From a virus (lineage: Duplodnaviria > Caudoviricetes), in IMG/VR virus record IMGVR_UViG_3300025276_000209, positions 1-24,272 of that record: a DNA stretch of 24,272 bases. One strand, written 5' to 3'. Position 1 is the first letter of the stretch; every line of letters begins with the position of its first letter. Shown here piece by piece: positions 1 through 9,753 of this stretch. The translations under genes and the position numbers were made by a program. A model generated the notes under the pieces. That model had not been told where the DNA came from. It saw only the letters and a program-made list of their open reading frames with translations, and made no database searches.

Positions 1-1
1 C

Positions 2-835
2 TCCTTCATTAAATGCAGGTTCACCATTAACTAAATCAACAAACGTCCATTTAGGAATAAAAGGAAATCTAATATATTGAGATACCAACTGTCCAATACC
101 ATTAATGGTATCAGGATATGTTTCTGCGAAATCTCCGTTTTGTGTATATGCAGGATAGGTTAAATTTGGTGCAGTAAGTAATGAATTGTTTAACATAGTT
201 ATTTTACTATGAGTTACTTTTTCTGCTTCTTTAATATTTTTACTTGAGTAGATATAATAATTTTTACCTACTGCATCCCAAACGATTGCACCTGTAGTTG
301 GTCTAACCAATAATGATGTAGCATTTATAATGCTACTAACGATTGTATTGTATGTAACACCTCCTGTAACAGTAGAAACTATATCTCCTACTTGTACTCC
401 TGAAGCTATAAAATTTTGTGATGAATCTTCTACTCTAGTACCACCACCATTTGTTGCAGTAGTAGTAGCATTAGAAATCAATACTTTGTTATATACTAAA
501 TTTTTATTAATAATATAATAATCATTATTAGTAGTTGTTAATGAAGGAAGGAAGTATAAAGATTCAGGGAAAGTTGTCCCACCATCTCTTAGTAAAGGAA
601 GTTGTACAGAAAACGTATCAATAACTTCTTCTAGTCCTTTTGTTATATCAGCATATCCTGTTCCTGATTGCCTTGCATTTTCTTTTGATATTTGATAGTT
701 GTATGAGTAAAAATAATTCTCAAATAAATCTAACTGTGCCTGCTTTGCAAACAAATTAAAGTCAGAGGGTGAGATATAGCCGTAGTTATTTTTATTCAGA
801 ACTGACATTACCGTTTGTCTAACTGAGTTTATCAT
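2..835 (-). CDS. Putative virion structural protein (head-tail connector/tail ring-like), runs off the window edge
   Basis: Hand translation: ATG at 835, open to the window edge (MINSVRQTVMSVLNKNNYGYISPSDFNLFAKQAQLDLFENYF...YIRFPFIPKWTF...). Not in the ORF track because no stop is in the window. Preceded by a TATCTTTG box. Function inferred from position after the capsid genes. Confidence 0.75.
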   Translation of the reverse strand, partial: MINSVRQTVMSVLNKNNYGYISPSDFNLFAKQAQLDLFENYFYSYNYQISKENARQSGTGYADITKGLEEVIDTFSVQLPLLRDGGTTFPESLYFLPSLTTTNNDYYIINKNLVYNKVLISNATTTATNGGGTRVEDSSQNFIASGVQVGDIVSTVTGGVTYNTIVSSIINATSLLVRPTTGAIVWDAVGKNYYIYSSKNIKEAEKVTHSKITMLNNSLLTAPNLTYPAYTQNGDFAETYPDTINGIGQLVSQYIRFPFIPKWTFVDLVNGEPAFNEG

Positions 836-850
836 CTGTATTCTTTTGTA

Positions 851-883
851 CAAAGATAAACAAAATAAAAAGACCTCTTCAAA
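851..883 (-). promoter_or_regulatory. Bacteroidota sigma-A promoter TTTG-N21-TATCTTTG
   Basis: Minus-strand TATCTTTG at 858-851 and TTTG at 883-880, 15 nt upstream of the ATG at 835; matches the -33 TTTG / -7 TAnnTTTG consensus. Confidence 0.75.
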
Positions 884-895
884 ATGAAGAGGTCT
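862..895 (-). terminator. Rho-independent terminator
   Basis: Perfect 11-bp inverted repeat AGACCTCTTCA (871-881) / TGAAGAGGTCT (885-895), followed on the minus strand by TTTTATTTT, downstream of the 92-aa gene. Confidence 0.8.
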
Positions 896-921
896 CTTAT
901 AAATCTAAAAAGATTAGTTAA

Positions 922-1200
922 TTAAGCGATAGTTACATCAGTAACTAACTGTCCATTTGGAATAGAAACTTTTGAAACTGCTTTCATCCAATTAGTTTGT
1001 GCTGCAGCTACTAAAGCGTAGTTGATTGAATCAGCCATAGCAACAGTAAAACCTGTTCCTACTAGCGTGTATACAACCGCACTATCTGCTGAATGTAATG
1101 CAATGTTAGTTGCAGTTACTGCACCAACTGTTAATCCTCCGTTAATTGCAATTTGTACAGGCTCAAAGTCTGTTACTGCAAATGATAAATACTTGTTCAT
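922..1200 (-). CDS. Small hypothetical protein, possibly a minor virion/decoration protein
   Basis: 92 aa, Ala/Val/Thr-rich; has its own promoter (1256-1263) and terminator (862-895). Confidence 0.7.
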   Translation of the reverse strand: MNKYLSFAVTDFEPVQIAINGGLTVGAVTATNIALHSADSAVVYTLVGTGFTVAMADSINYALVAAAQTNWMKAVSKVSIPNGQLVTDVTIA

Positions 1201-1255
1201 AATAAATTATTTTAATTTAGTAAAAAACACCACCTCTCTGATGATGACTAAGTTA

Positions 1256-1286
1256 CAAAGATAACAATATTATAATAAGCTTTCAA
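1256..1286 (-). promoter_or_regulatory. Bacteroidota promoter TTG-N20-TATCTTTG
   Basis: Minus-strand TATCTTTG at 1263-1256 and TTG at 1286-1284. Confidence 0.7.
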
Positions 1287-2016
1287 GGTACTTTAATACC
1301 TCTAATCCATCGTCAGACTTTAAATGTGAGACAACTAAGTCCATACCATTTTGTCCATAAGGAACGTTAAGTAGTTTTGTTTTATTTGTTGATGTAGCAA
1401 ACCAAACTTCTTTATTACTTTTTCTGAAAGTTAAAAATCCTCTATCAAAAAACTGTTGAACAGTTCCTTGCATTTTTAATTCAGGGTCGCTAATAACTTC
1501 CATAAAATCTGAAGGATAGTTTTTAGCATACACTAAAATATCTCTTTTTAATTCAGCAGTTGAAACTTTAGTAGTGTCTTTATTAAATAAAACTCTACAC
1601 ACAGTTTCTAATTGGTCTAAGCTTAATGACTTAGCTTCTATCAAAGCATCAGCTTCTATCATTAAATCTTCTACCTCTGCTGCTGCGTCTTTAGCTGCGT
1701 TAACTTCTGCAAACTTCATTCCGAGTAAAGGATGATAGTGTAAAAATTCTTGAAGTATTTGATTTTCTTTTGCAACGTGCAAAAATCCATCTTCAAAAAT
1801 AATAGGTGTCAATAAAGCATTGCCATCTTGTTCATCTTCGAAAGGACTTTTTTGGTTACTTGCATATCTCAAAGAACGGTTGATACCGGTCTCTTCATCG
1901 AAGTGCATTAAAGGAAATCTCTTACTGTTTCTTGTTGGTAGCATAAAGGCTAATGGTGCTACTGCCTGTGTCAAACGATATTGTTTGTCCGTGTAAACTT
2001 TCTTTTTTGTTTTCAT
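1270..2016 (-). CDS. Hypothetical phage protein downstream of the major capsid gene
   Basis: 248-aa ORF with an A-rich leader; no catalytic motif recognised. Confidence 0.75.
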   Translation of the reverse strand: MKTKKKVYTDKQYRLTQAVAPLAFMLPTRNSKRFPLMHFDEETGINRSLRYASNQKSPFEDEQDGNALLTPIIFEDGFLHVAKENQILQEFLHYHPLLGMKFAEVNAAKDAAAEVEDLMIEADALIEAKSLSLDQLETVCRVLFNKDTTKVSTAELKRDILVYAKNYPSDFMEVISDPELKMQGTVQQFFDRGFLTFRKSNKEVWFATSTNKTKLLNVPYGQNGMDLVVSHLKSDDGLEVLKYLESLL

Positions 2017-2045
2017 TATAATAGAATTAGATTAAAATTTATATT

Positions 2046-2088
2046 AAAAAAAAAGGGAGGCTCATCAGAATATATATTGCCTCCCTTT
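2046..2088 (-). terminator. Rho-independent terminator after the major capsid gene
   Basis: AAAGGGAGGC (2052-2061) / GCCTCCCTTT (2079-2088), 17-nt loop, followed by a T run on the minus strand; 13 nt after the capsid stop. Confidence 0.7.
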
Positions 2089-2101
2089 AATTATTTACTT
2101 C

Positions 2102-3532
2102 TTATTGGTTGAATAAGAAGAAGTTGTTAGCACCTAAAGTACATACTGCTCTTTCCGATAAGAAATGAACCTCCATAGCATCTAAGCTAGAAGTCTCTGC
2201 TCCACCTGCTGAACCTGTAATCCAAGTCTTGTAACGTCTGTCTTCAGTTTCTGAAGCTCTATATCTAACGTGCAAGAATGGTCTCTTAGCGTTCTTCCCT
2301 AAGATTTGGTCATATACAGAAGTAGAACCTGCAGGAACTAAAAGTCCATTAACTCTACCTGAACCTGCTGCAGTTGGTAAACCACCACGCATTGTTGGGT
2401 CATTTAAGTATTTCCAATCAGACTTGTAAAAGTCATAACCTCTACGGAATCCTGTGAAACCTAAGTTCAAAGCCATATCTTTCTCATTGTCAAAAAGACC
2501 ATAAGAAACTCCACCTGCTGCATTAGATGATTGTTGAGATAACATATCGTCAATGTCAAAAGAGAAATCTCTATCAACAAATACTACGTTCTCTTCAATA
2601 GCACCTTGCTTATCAAGTCTAGAGATAATTGAATCCCACTCTGCAAGAGTTGTTGGATTACCTGCTCCCCATACGTTTCCTCTGTTCTCTACAACGTAGA
2701 AAATACCTTCAGAACCTTTGTTACCTACATCACCTGTAGTAGCGATTGCTCCTGAACCTACTGCTGCAGGTACTGCTTCAATCATTGCAGTCTCTAAATA
2801 GTCATCAAAACGTAATCTTGTTTCGTGCTCAGACTTCAAGTACCATAGGTATCCGTTTGCTCCATTTTCAGTAGTTACTTCTACCCATCCGATTTGTGCC
2901 ATATCAGAACCTGATACTGCATACTTATCTTTGATGATGATAGGAGAATTTTCGAAGATGAAATCATCAGCTTCTAAAGAACCTGCCATTCCGTCTGTAC
3001 CTTTTCTGAATTCAGAACCATATATAAACATAGAATAAACATCTCCTGCAACAGTTGTTAATCCACCTGCATTGTAAAATGCAACTGATACAACTCTTGT
3101 AGCATAGTCTACTGAAGTTACGATAGCTTTAACACTACCTCCACCATTGTTCTTAGTAATCATAATTGTTTGACCAACACGAATAGCAATAGAACCTGAA
3201 GCTTCATTTACGAAAGCCGGGTTTAAAACATCAGCGATAGCAAAATCAGCAACATCTACTCCTACTGCTACTGCAGTTGTACAGTTTGTATACTTAGTAT
3301 GTAAACGTCCTTGTTCTGCCCATTTGATAAGGTCAGAGTTAGATGGCATTTCAGCACCAACCATTCTTAAGAAAGAAGAGATAGTTCTGTTACCATATCT
3401 TTCGAATTCTTTTTCGTAAGTATCAGGAAGATACTGATTTAAGAAATCGAAGTTTGTAATGTAGTTAGACCTTACAGGTACTCTTTGAGCACTTGGTTGT
3501 AAGTCAAAACCGGGTATATTTGATACACTCAT
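2102..3532 (-). CDS. Major capsid protein
   Basis: 476 aa; canonical TerL-portal-scaffold-capsid order; followed by a terminator; capsid-like segments (IKWAEQGRLH, GSEFRKGT, PIIIKDKYAVSGSD). Confidence 0.8.
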   Translation of the reverse strand: MSVSNIPGFDLQPSAQRVPVRSNYITNFDFLNQYLPDTYEKEFERYGNRTISSFLRMVGAEMPSNSDLIKWAEQGRLHTKYTNCTTAVAVGVDVADFAIADVLNPAFVNEASGSIAIRVGQTIMITKNNGGGSVKAIVTSVDYATRVVSVAFYNAGGLTTVAGDVYSMFIYGSEFRKGTDGMAGSLEADDFIFENSPIIIKDKYAVSGSDMAQIGWVEVTTENGANGYLWYLKSEHETRLRFDDYLETAMIEAVPAAVGSGAIATTGDVGNKGSEGIFYVVENRGNVWGAGNPTTLAEWDSIISRLDKQGAIEENVVFVDRDFSFDIDDMLSQQSSNAAGGVSYGLFDNEKDMALNLGFTGFRRGYDFYKSDWKYLNDPTMRGGLPTAAGSGRVNGLLVPAGSTSVYDQILGKNAKRPFLHVRYRASETEDRRYKTWITGSAGGAETSSLDAMEVHFLSERAVCTLGANNFFLFNQ

Positions 3533-3556
3533 TTTTGTTTTTTTTTAAAATTATTA

Positions 3557-4693
3557 TTATTTTTTTCTACTTCTAATCTTTAACCCTCTACCGTGGTCGG
3601 GAGTTACAGATTTAATTTGCATACCACTTTTAGTAGACGAAGTTTCAGGAGCAGAGCGTGTTGTCATATTAACATTTTTCATTTTTCTCATTGATTCATC
3701 CGCTGCAGCAGACTTACCTTGCTCGTAAAAAAACTTCGCAAACCTATCAGGTTGCATTGCCATTGCTAAAGACTTGTGATATCCTGCCGCATTAGTTAAC
3801 GTTCCATCTTCTGCTTGATATTTTTTACTAAAATCTACAGGATTAGAATGCATCTTCTTCAGTTCAGCAGCATCACCGGGTGAAAACAAAACTTTGTTGC
3901 CGTCTAATTCGAACTCAAAACCTTTGAACTCGTCAAACACATCGCTTGTTTTTTGCAGATAAACCTCCCTATTCCGTTTGGTTCTCTCTTGTACCGTCTT
4001 TGCATTAGCTACATATTGTTTATACTCCTCTTCTTCTTCTGCAGGCAGTTCAATGTCAGTACCCCTAGACTCTAGAGGAACTTTGTACATTTCTTGTTGG
4101 TCTGCAAAATAATCTTTGGCTTTCGCAATAATCTTTTTCTTTGATAGCTTAATTTTTCTGATTTGCTTTTCGTCATCTAAGTCCTCATCGAAAGAATACT
4201 CTTCCATTAAGTCTTGTATGTCATCAGCATCCAACCCTTTTTCGGTTGCAGATAAATAATCAGCTAACAATTTATCAGGTTCTACTTCATCATAATCCTT
4301 CTGTAATTCATAGAAGTCATTGATTCCACGACCTGTGTCTTTTTTATATTTTAGATATTTGGATACATCTTCGGGGAGGGGTTCATTCTCTTCCCTAGTT
4401 TGATTAAACTCATCTAATGAATTTATCTCTTTCCCATATCTTTTACCAATAAATTTAAGAACGTCATCCTCAGTTACTTCTGAAGATGTAGTTTCTGTAT
4501 TTTGTTCAGCTACCGGAGTTGCCTCATCAGTAGTTGTATTACTTTCATCCGTAAGTGTTACAGTATTACCTGTTGTACCATCTGTCTCAAGAGCATCTGA
4601 AAATTTCTCTTCGTGTTTGTTAAGTAGTTCTTGTTCTATCTGTTGAGAAGACTTTTCCTCAACCGCTTCAACTGCTTTTACTTTAAATTCCAT
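3557..4693 (-). CDS. Putative capsid scaffolding protein
   Basis: 378 aa, very acidic, helical, with a basic C-terminus; lies between portal and capsid. Confidence 0.65.
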   Translation of the reverse strand: MEFKVKAVEAVEEKSSQQIEQELLNKHEEKFSDALETDGTTGNTVTLTDESNTTTDEATPVAEQNTETTSSEVTEDDVLKFIGKRYGKEINSLDEFNQTREENEPLPEDVSKYLKYKKDTGRGINDFYELQKDYDEVEPDKLLADYLSATEKGLDADDIQDLMEEYSFDEDLDDEKQIRKIKLSKKKIIAKAKDYFADQQEMYKVPLESRGTDIELPAEEEEEYKQYVANAKTVQERTKRNREVYLQKTSDVFDEFKGFEFELDGNKVLFSPGDAAELKKMHSNPVDFSKKYQAEDGTLTNAAGYHKSLAMAMQPDRFAKFFYEQGKSAAADESMRKMKNVNMTTRSAPETSSTKSGMQIKSVTPDHGRGLKIRSRKK

Positions 4694-4722
4694 ATTATAT
4701 TTAGATTAGATTATATTTTATA

Positions 4723-4730
4723 CAAAGTTA
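4723..4730 (-). promoter_or_regulatory. TAnnTTTG -7 box (TAACTTTG) for scaffold and capsid
   Basis: Intergenic, 29 nt upstream of the ATG at 4693. Confidence 0.7.
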
Positions 4731-4757
4731 AACAAAAATTAATAATAATTTAGACAG

Positions 4758-7193
4758 TTATCTTGGATTGAATTCCGCTAGGTCAAACCCATCTAAACTA
4801 TCCTCGTTAGATTCAAATCTCTGTGGAGGTAAATTATTTTTACGTTGATTTATTAATCTACTTTGCTCGGTATTTTGTTGAGATATTCTTCCTGACTTTG
4901 CATCTTCTCTTTGGTCCTCTCTACCTTGCAATTGTTGTGCATCCATTTGACGTAGTTGCATATTCAAATTAAACTCCTCTTGCATTAGTTGAGATTTCAA
5001 CATCGCTTCTTGTTTCATTTTTTCAATTTCAAAAGAAACATCACCCTGTCTATATTGTAATTTAGCTTGGGTTTCCATTTGAAGTTGTTGTTGTGCAGCT
5101 TGTGCTTGTGCTTGAATGGCAGCTTGTTGTTGTTGTGCTTGTGCTTGTTGTTGTTGAGCAGCCATCTTTTCTTCTCTATCTTGCTTACCAACTCTCTTCA
5201 TCTTAAGAAGTTGATTGGCTAGTTTTAGATTTTTAAGTTCTCTAATATCTATTGCGTCTTCTAGATTAATATCTCCTTTAGATAAAGCCATCTGAATATT
5301 CTGCTCAAGTTGTGCTCTTTGTTCTTCGTCAGGTGATAGTTCAATAAATATTCCGAAGTCGTAAATATATAGTTCATTAATATCGCCAAGGATAGATACA
5401 TTGTATTTACCAATTTGATTTATAAACTCTTCTTTAAAATCAGAGTATTGTAAAATATCAGCAACTCTATAAGTAATAGCTTCAGCTAAAGTTCTATAGA
5501 TATATAAACTTGCGTCAAGAATATGTCTTGTTGCTACGTTTGAATTTAATGCTGCCATTTTTTGTAAGCCTACTAAACCATTAGGGTCAGGCATACTTCC
5601 ATCTCTTGCTTCGTTTAGTCCTGTAACCGTTCTTATCTGATTAAGATAATGGTTATAATTTGTTAATAGCATTTGAGTTTTAGAAGCACCTGATGAAGAC
5701 TGAAGTTCTTTAATTGGAACCTTAGCCTGATTAAAATCTCCATCTTGAGTATAACTTCTACCAATAACACTACCTGTTTGGAAATACATTCTTAATGCAT
5801 CTTCAGGATTGTAAGCATTACCCGTACCTAAGTCTACTTCATTAAGACCATCAGCATCTATAAACACACCATCCGGAACAACTCTAGCAATTACTTGTTG
5901 TAACTTTAAGTGTGTAATCTGAATCAAATCAGCAAATGGTATCATACGTCTAACCAAAGATTCAATAGCACCTTTATACATTCTTGGTGCTGCTGCTACA
6001 TAGTTTGGTATTGCATACTGACTAGCTGATTGTGGTCTAACCATATTTTCCATCAACTTCCATTGAAGCATAATGTTAGTTCCCATAACCATTACTCCCT
6101 CATACCATACATCAATAGTTTTAGAAACCTTTTCAAAGTTTCCTTCTTCTTGCATTTCTGCAGGTGGGTTAAAAGAATCATCTTTCTCCACCATTTTTAC
6201 ATTACCATTGTCCTGAACTTTTCTTTTGTAAACAACTTTCTTAGTTGTCTTATAATTAAAATACAGTAAGGTTGCAGTATCTCTATAAAATATATCATTC
6301 TGCTGCATCTGTGCAGTATTAAAATAATCATACCAACTCTGAGATGATTGAGATATTTCTTCTAGGTCTTCTTTAGTTAATGATTGGTCAATCTTTAATA
6401 ATTCTGTAATTGGAAGTGTTTTAATTTCTCCCCAATAAAAACAATCTTTAAAGTTTGGGTCTTCAGTATAACTGTACACCACATTTGCAGGGTCTACATA
6501 ATTAATTTTTACACCGTCTCCCATTAAAAATTCGTGCTTTGCCATTGCAACACCTAAGACAGTCATATCATAATCTAATCGTTTACGAATGTCATCATAT
6601 TTGTTAGCTTCAAACAGAGTACTAATAGCTTCTTCTTCTGCAATTTCTATTGCAGGTTTGTAGTTAAGCTGCATATACAACTTAAGTTCTTCGTCTGTAT
6701 TAGGTAACTCTTCAGCGGCAACTGTAAAAGGATTGACTCCTGTTTTTTCTTGTATAACGTTTAGTAAAGGTTTAGCTACCATTTGTCCTTCCACCATTTG
6801 CTGATACTTACTTCTCTTAGACTGAGACATAGCATCTTGTGCATAAGCTTTTGGAACAAACTCCCTTCCTTGCATACCGTTAACTACGATATCCACGAAT
6901 TTAGGAAGTACAGGAACAGGGGTCCAATCTAAATTTAGATAAGATAAATCTCCGTCTACTGCTAATTCATTTTTGTATTTTCCTACAGATTGTTCTCCTC
7001 TTGCGTACAAACGCAACCTATGGAAGTCTGCCGATTGATTGTAAAATCTACAACTCCCACTATCCTTTTTGAACCACTCATATTGAATGGCTTGCCCGAT
7101 TTGTAAACCGAACTCTTCAGTAGCTTTTTCTGCATCTGAAACAAATTGACTAGGGAATCCTGCAGATTGTATGTTTATGTCTACTTTCTTCAT
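4758..7193 (-). CDS. Portal protein
   Basis: 811 aa directly after TerL; P22-like portal hallmarks (PVLPKFVDIVVNG, YVDPANVVYS, TVTGLNEARDG) and a long Q/A-rich C-terminal coiled coil. Confidence 0.8.
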   Translation of the reverse strand: MKKVDINIQSAGFPSQFVSDAEKATEEFGLQIGQAIQYEWFKKDSGSCRFYNQSADFHRLRLYARGEQSVGKYKNELAVDGDLSYLNLDWTPVPVLPKFVDIVVNGMQGREFVPKAYAQDAMSQSKRSKYQQMVEGQMVAKPLLNVIQEKTGVNPFTVAAEELPNTDEELKLYMQLNYKPAIEIAEEEAISTLFEANKYDDIRKRLDYDMTVLGVAMAKHEFLMGDGVKINYVDPANVVYSYTEDPNFKDCFYWGEIKTLPITELLKIDQSLTKEDLEEISQSSQSWYDYFNTAQMQQNDIFYRDTATLLYFNYKTTKKVVYKRKVQDNGNVKMVEKDDSFNPPAEMQEEGNFEKVSKTIDVWYEGVMVMGTNIMLQWKLMENMVRPQSASQYAIPNYVAAAPRMYKGAIESLVRRMIPFADLIQITHLKLQQVIARVVPDGVFIDADGLNEVDLGTGNAYNPEDALRMYFQTGSVIGRSYTQDGDFNQAKVPIKELQSSSGASKTQMLLTNYNHYLNQIRTVTGLNEARDGSMPDPNGLVGLQKMAALNSNVATRHILDASLYIYRTLAEAITYRVADILQYSDFKEEFINQIGKYNVSILGDINELYIYDFGIFIELSPDEEQRAQLEQNIQMALSKGDINLEDAIDIRELKNLKLANQLLKMKRVGKQDREEKMAAQQQQAQAQQQQAAIQAQAQAAQQQLQMETQAKLQYRQGDVSFEIEKMKQEAMLKSQLMQEEFNLNMQLRQMDAQQLQGREDQREDAKSGRISQQNTEQSRLINQRKNNLPPQRFESNEDSLDGFDLAEFNPR

Positions 7194-9418
7194 CTAATAA
7201 TTTCGCTTTGTGTACCCTTGTTACTATACCTTGCAAAGTTAACCTTTATTTTTGAAACTTTTTTCACAGGTGTATAGAGATGTTTTTGTGTTGCCATTAT
7301 AGCTAACCCTGATGATATACTTGCATCAAACTTGGTTCTATTGTTAATATCAAATTTTGCCCAATCTTCTAATGTTCTAGTAAAGACACAATCTCCCATC
7401 TCTTCTTCAGTTTTAAAACCTATATGCTCATCGATATAAGATTCAATTGCAGAAGCGTGTGCTTGCTTAACATCTTCACTTGAATTTGGCATTCCTCCTA
7501 ATTCTCTTTCAGTCTTAGAAAGTTTTGTATAATGTTTATCAGGTCTATTCATACAGAATCCTCTATACCCTCTATTCTTAAAATGATAAAGTAGTCTAGG
7601 TTTGTTATTCTCTATTAATATAGGCATTCCAAAAAACACACAAGCTTTTAAAACATCTTCAAAAAATATTTCAGCAGTCTGTGGTCTTGCGATGTATTCT
7701 AAAAAGAATTCATTAGTCGGAGCGTTATCCATATGAAACATTGTCTTACCGTGAAGTGCTCCATTGGAACCACCACCGCCAACAACTCCTGATATATCAT
7801 AACTATCACAACCAAAAGCACCTAAATGTTTATTACCCGGATGTTTAATTCCATTCCTAGTTTCAATTCTATTTTGCATTCCTTTCTCAGGAGTCCAAGA
7901 TACATAAAATCTACCTCTAGTATCAGGACTAAATAAAACCTCACTATCTTTTATACCATTCTTCCAACTAAAACTACCACGAGTAACGTGATGGTCTAAT
8001 ATAATTGAATCGTTATAATCTATTTGCTGATATATTTTTGTTAAATTAAATATTGATTGTTTACTTTCATCTCTAAATGCGTGAGACTCTGTTCTAGGAA
8101 ACTGTCTATAGAATTCGTTTAATGCATCAGGGTCATTCTTTAAAGAATCCACTTCATCTTGCCAATAGTTAATAGCACCTTTATGTATCATCTCATCATC
8201 AATTCCTAACACAGGTTTACTTGGTGTATGAAAAACAGGCATACCGAACCTATCAATAAATCCTTCCATATTCCATTCCATAGGAATAAACAAACTATAC
8301 AAACCACTTTTAGTTTGACCGTTTGCATTTCTATCAAACACATTAGAGTCTTCGTATAATTTTTTAAAGTTATCTCCACCCTTAGACAAGGCATTTGAAG
8401 TAGAACCCATCATACATTTACCTATAATTTTTGAACCTAATCTTAAACAAGTCTTAGTAACTCTCCAATTATTTAATATATTATTTGGCTTAATCCATTT
8501 ACCACTCTCATCGTGAATTAATAATAGTAATTTCTCACCATCATAACTGTTATCATCTGTATTTTTCCAATCAATTGTAGTATCTAATCCATACAACTCA
8601 TCGTCTGTAGAATCAAACATATTTTTTTTAGTAATCTTAGATGCAGGAATTCTAAAAGCTAATTCAGTTTTTGGTTTATCCATACCATCCTGAATAGGTT
8701 TAAAAAAGAAAGGATAATTATTTGCAATAGGAACAACTTTGTCTGTAAACATTTTCTTTGCATCACCCCCTGTCTTAGATAATATACCTATTCTTGCATC
8801 TTTAGATATTGTACCTGTATTGGCACATTCCTCACTACCCATATAAGAAAATCCTGAACGTCTAATTTTTAAATAGTCCATTCCAAAACTCCTCTTATCA
8901 GCTTTACAAGCTTCCCAAAAAATATATAGTATTCTATTTGCTTCTCTAAAATCAGGATAACCAATATCTATTTTAGTCCATTGAAGATACATAAAATGAG
9001 AACCTGTAATATAAGTTTTAATTCCATTAGAATAAAACCACGTTCCTCTTTCTCTTTTTACAAATTCATTTTCAACATAATCTACCCATTGATTTTTAAA
9101 TTCAGTAGCCATATCATTCCATTGAAATATAGATTGAATTTTCGATAAAGGTTTTGGTATATCTTTTCTTTCCCAATACTGATTAGGCTTAGACTCATCT
9201 CTTTTAAAACAATCTTTAGGAGTTGCAGGTAATGCAATTCTAAGTCCTTGTATTGAAACAACATCTCCAATCGTACCGTCTTTAGATATAACAATAATGT
9301 TATATTTTTCGTTAACTCCGTACTCCCAAGACCTAGCTTTGTTCTTAGTTGTCAGAACATTCTTCGGTACAACATCACTAAGTAATGTATATAGATTATT
9401 TTGAGTTTCTTTCTGCAA
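7190..9418 (-). CDS. terL: Terminase large subunit
   Basis: 742 aa; Walker A-like LKIRRSGFS, Walker B LLIHDESGKW, motif III GSTS, RNase H-like nuclease FGCDSYD...FDASISS. Confidence 0.88.
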   Translation of the reverse strand: MQKETQNNLYTLLSDVVPKNVLTTKNKARSWEYGVNEKYNIIVISKDGTIGDVVSIQGLRIALPATPKDCFKRDESKPNQYWERKDIPKPLSKIQSIFQWNDMATEFKNQWVDYVENEFVKRERGTWFYSNGIKTYITGSHFMYLQWTKIDIGYPDFREANRILYIFWEACKADKRSFGMDYLKIRRSGFSYMGSEECANTGTISKDARIGILSKTGGDAKKMFTDKVVPIANNYPFFFKPIQDGMDKPKTELAFRIPASKITKKNMFDSTDDELYGLDTTIDWKNTDDNSYDGEKLLLLIHDESGKWIKPNNILNNWRVTKTCLRLGSKIIGKCMMGSTSNALSKGGDNFKKLYEDSNVFDRNANGQTKSGLYSLFIPMEWNMEGFIDRFGMPVFHTPSKPVLGIDDEMIHKGAINYWQDEVDSLKNDPDALNEFYRQFPRTESHAFRDESKQSIFNLTKIYQQIDYNDSIILDHHVTRGSFSWKNGIKDSEVLFSPDTRGRFYVSWTPEKGMQNRIETRNGIKHPGNKHLGAFGCDSYDISGVVGGGGSNGALHGKTMFHMDNAPTNEFFLEYIARPQTAEIFFEDVLKACVFFGMPILIENNKPRLLYHFKNRGYRGFCMNRPDKHYTKLSKTERELGGMPNSSEDVKQAHASAIESYIDEHIGFKTEEEMGDCVFTRTLEDWAKFDINNRTKFDASISSGLAIMATQKHLYTPVKKVSKIKVNFARYSNKGTQSEIIR
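7234..7241 (-). promoter_or_regulatory. TAACTTTG -7 box inside the terL 3' end, upstream of the portal
   Basis: 40 nt upstream of the portal ATG at 7193; overlaps the codons for V-N-F-A. Confidence 0.5.
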
Positions 9419-9677
9419 ATCCTTGTTTGGTATCAGTTCTGTTTGGTCCTTTATCTATAGCGTCTAGTGCTTCTTTCTCTGCTTCTATTCTGTTTAAAAT
9501 TTCAAACGCATCAAAGATTGCTAACTTTTTAGTAGCTGCTGCATTCTTTAATCTATCTGCAGATAAAGCATCTTCAGGGTCGTGTTTAATAATTGCTTCC
9601 TTCGAAACCTTTATTAATTGTTCCACCGCCTTGTAACCTGCTTCTATTATTTTTAATTTTATTTCTTTTGAGTTCAT
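9396..9677 (-). CDS. Small helical protein, candidate terminase small subunit
   Basis: 93 aa, overlaps the terL start; assignment by synteny only. Confidence 0.55.
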   Translation of the reverse strand: MNSKEIKLKIIEAGYKAVEQLIKVSKEAIIKHDPEDALSADRLKNAAATKKLAIFDAFEILNRIEAEKEALDAIDKGPNRTDTKQGFAERNSK

Positions 9678-9753
9678 TTTTAAATCGTTTCATTTTTTTT
9701 AATGGAATATCTTTATGGTCTTCGTCCTCCATCCAATCCCATTCTCGACTCAT
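9586..9753 (-). CDS. Possible 55-aa ORF (MSREWDWMEDEDHKDIPLKKMKRFKNELKRNK...)
   Basis: ATG overlaps the upstream TGA (ATGA at 9753-9750); fills the 9678-9749 gap, then overlaps the 93-aa gene by 92 nt in another frame. Confidence 0.45.
   Translation of the reverse strand: MSREWDWMEDEDHKDIPLKKMKRFKNELKRNKIKNNRSRLQGGGTINKGFEGSNY

Noticed and set aside
5080-5165. Gln/Ala repeat in the portal gene
   Set aside because: An ordinary low-complexity coiled-coil barrel of podovirus-type portals
7190-9418. Intein or intron explaining the long TerL
   Set aside because: No intein C/S...HN junctions, LAGLIDADG motif or frame break seen
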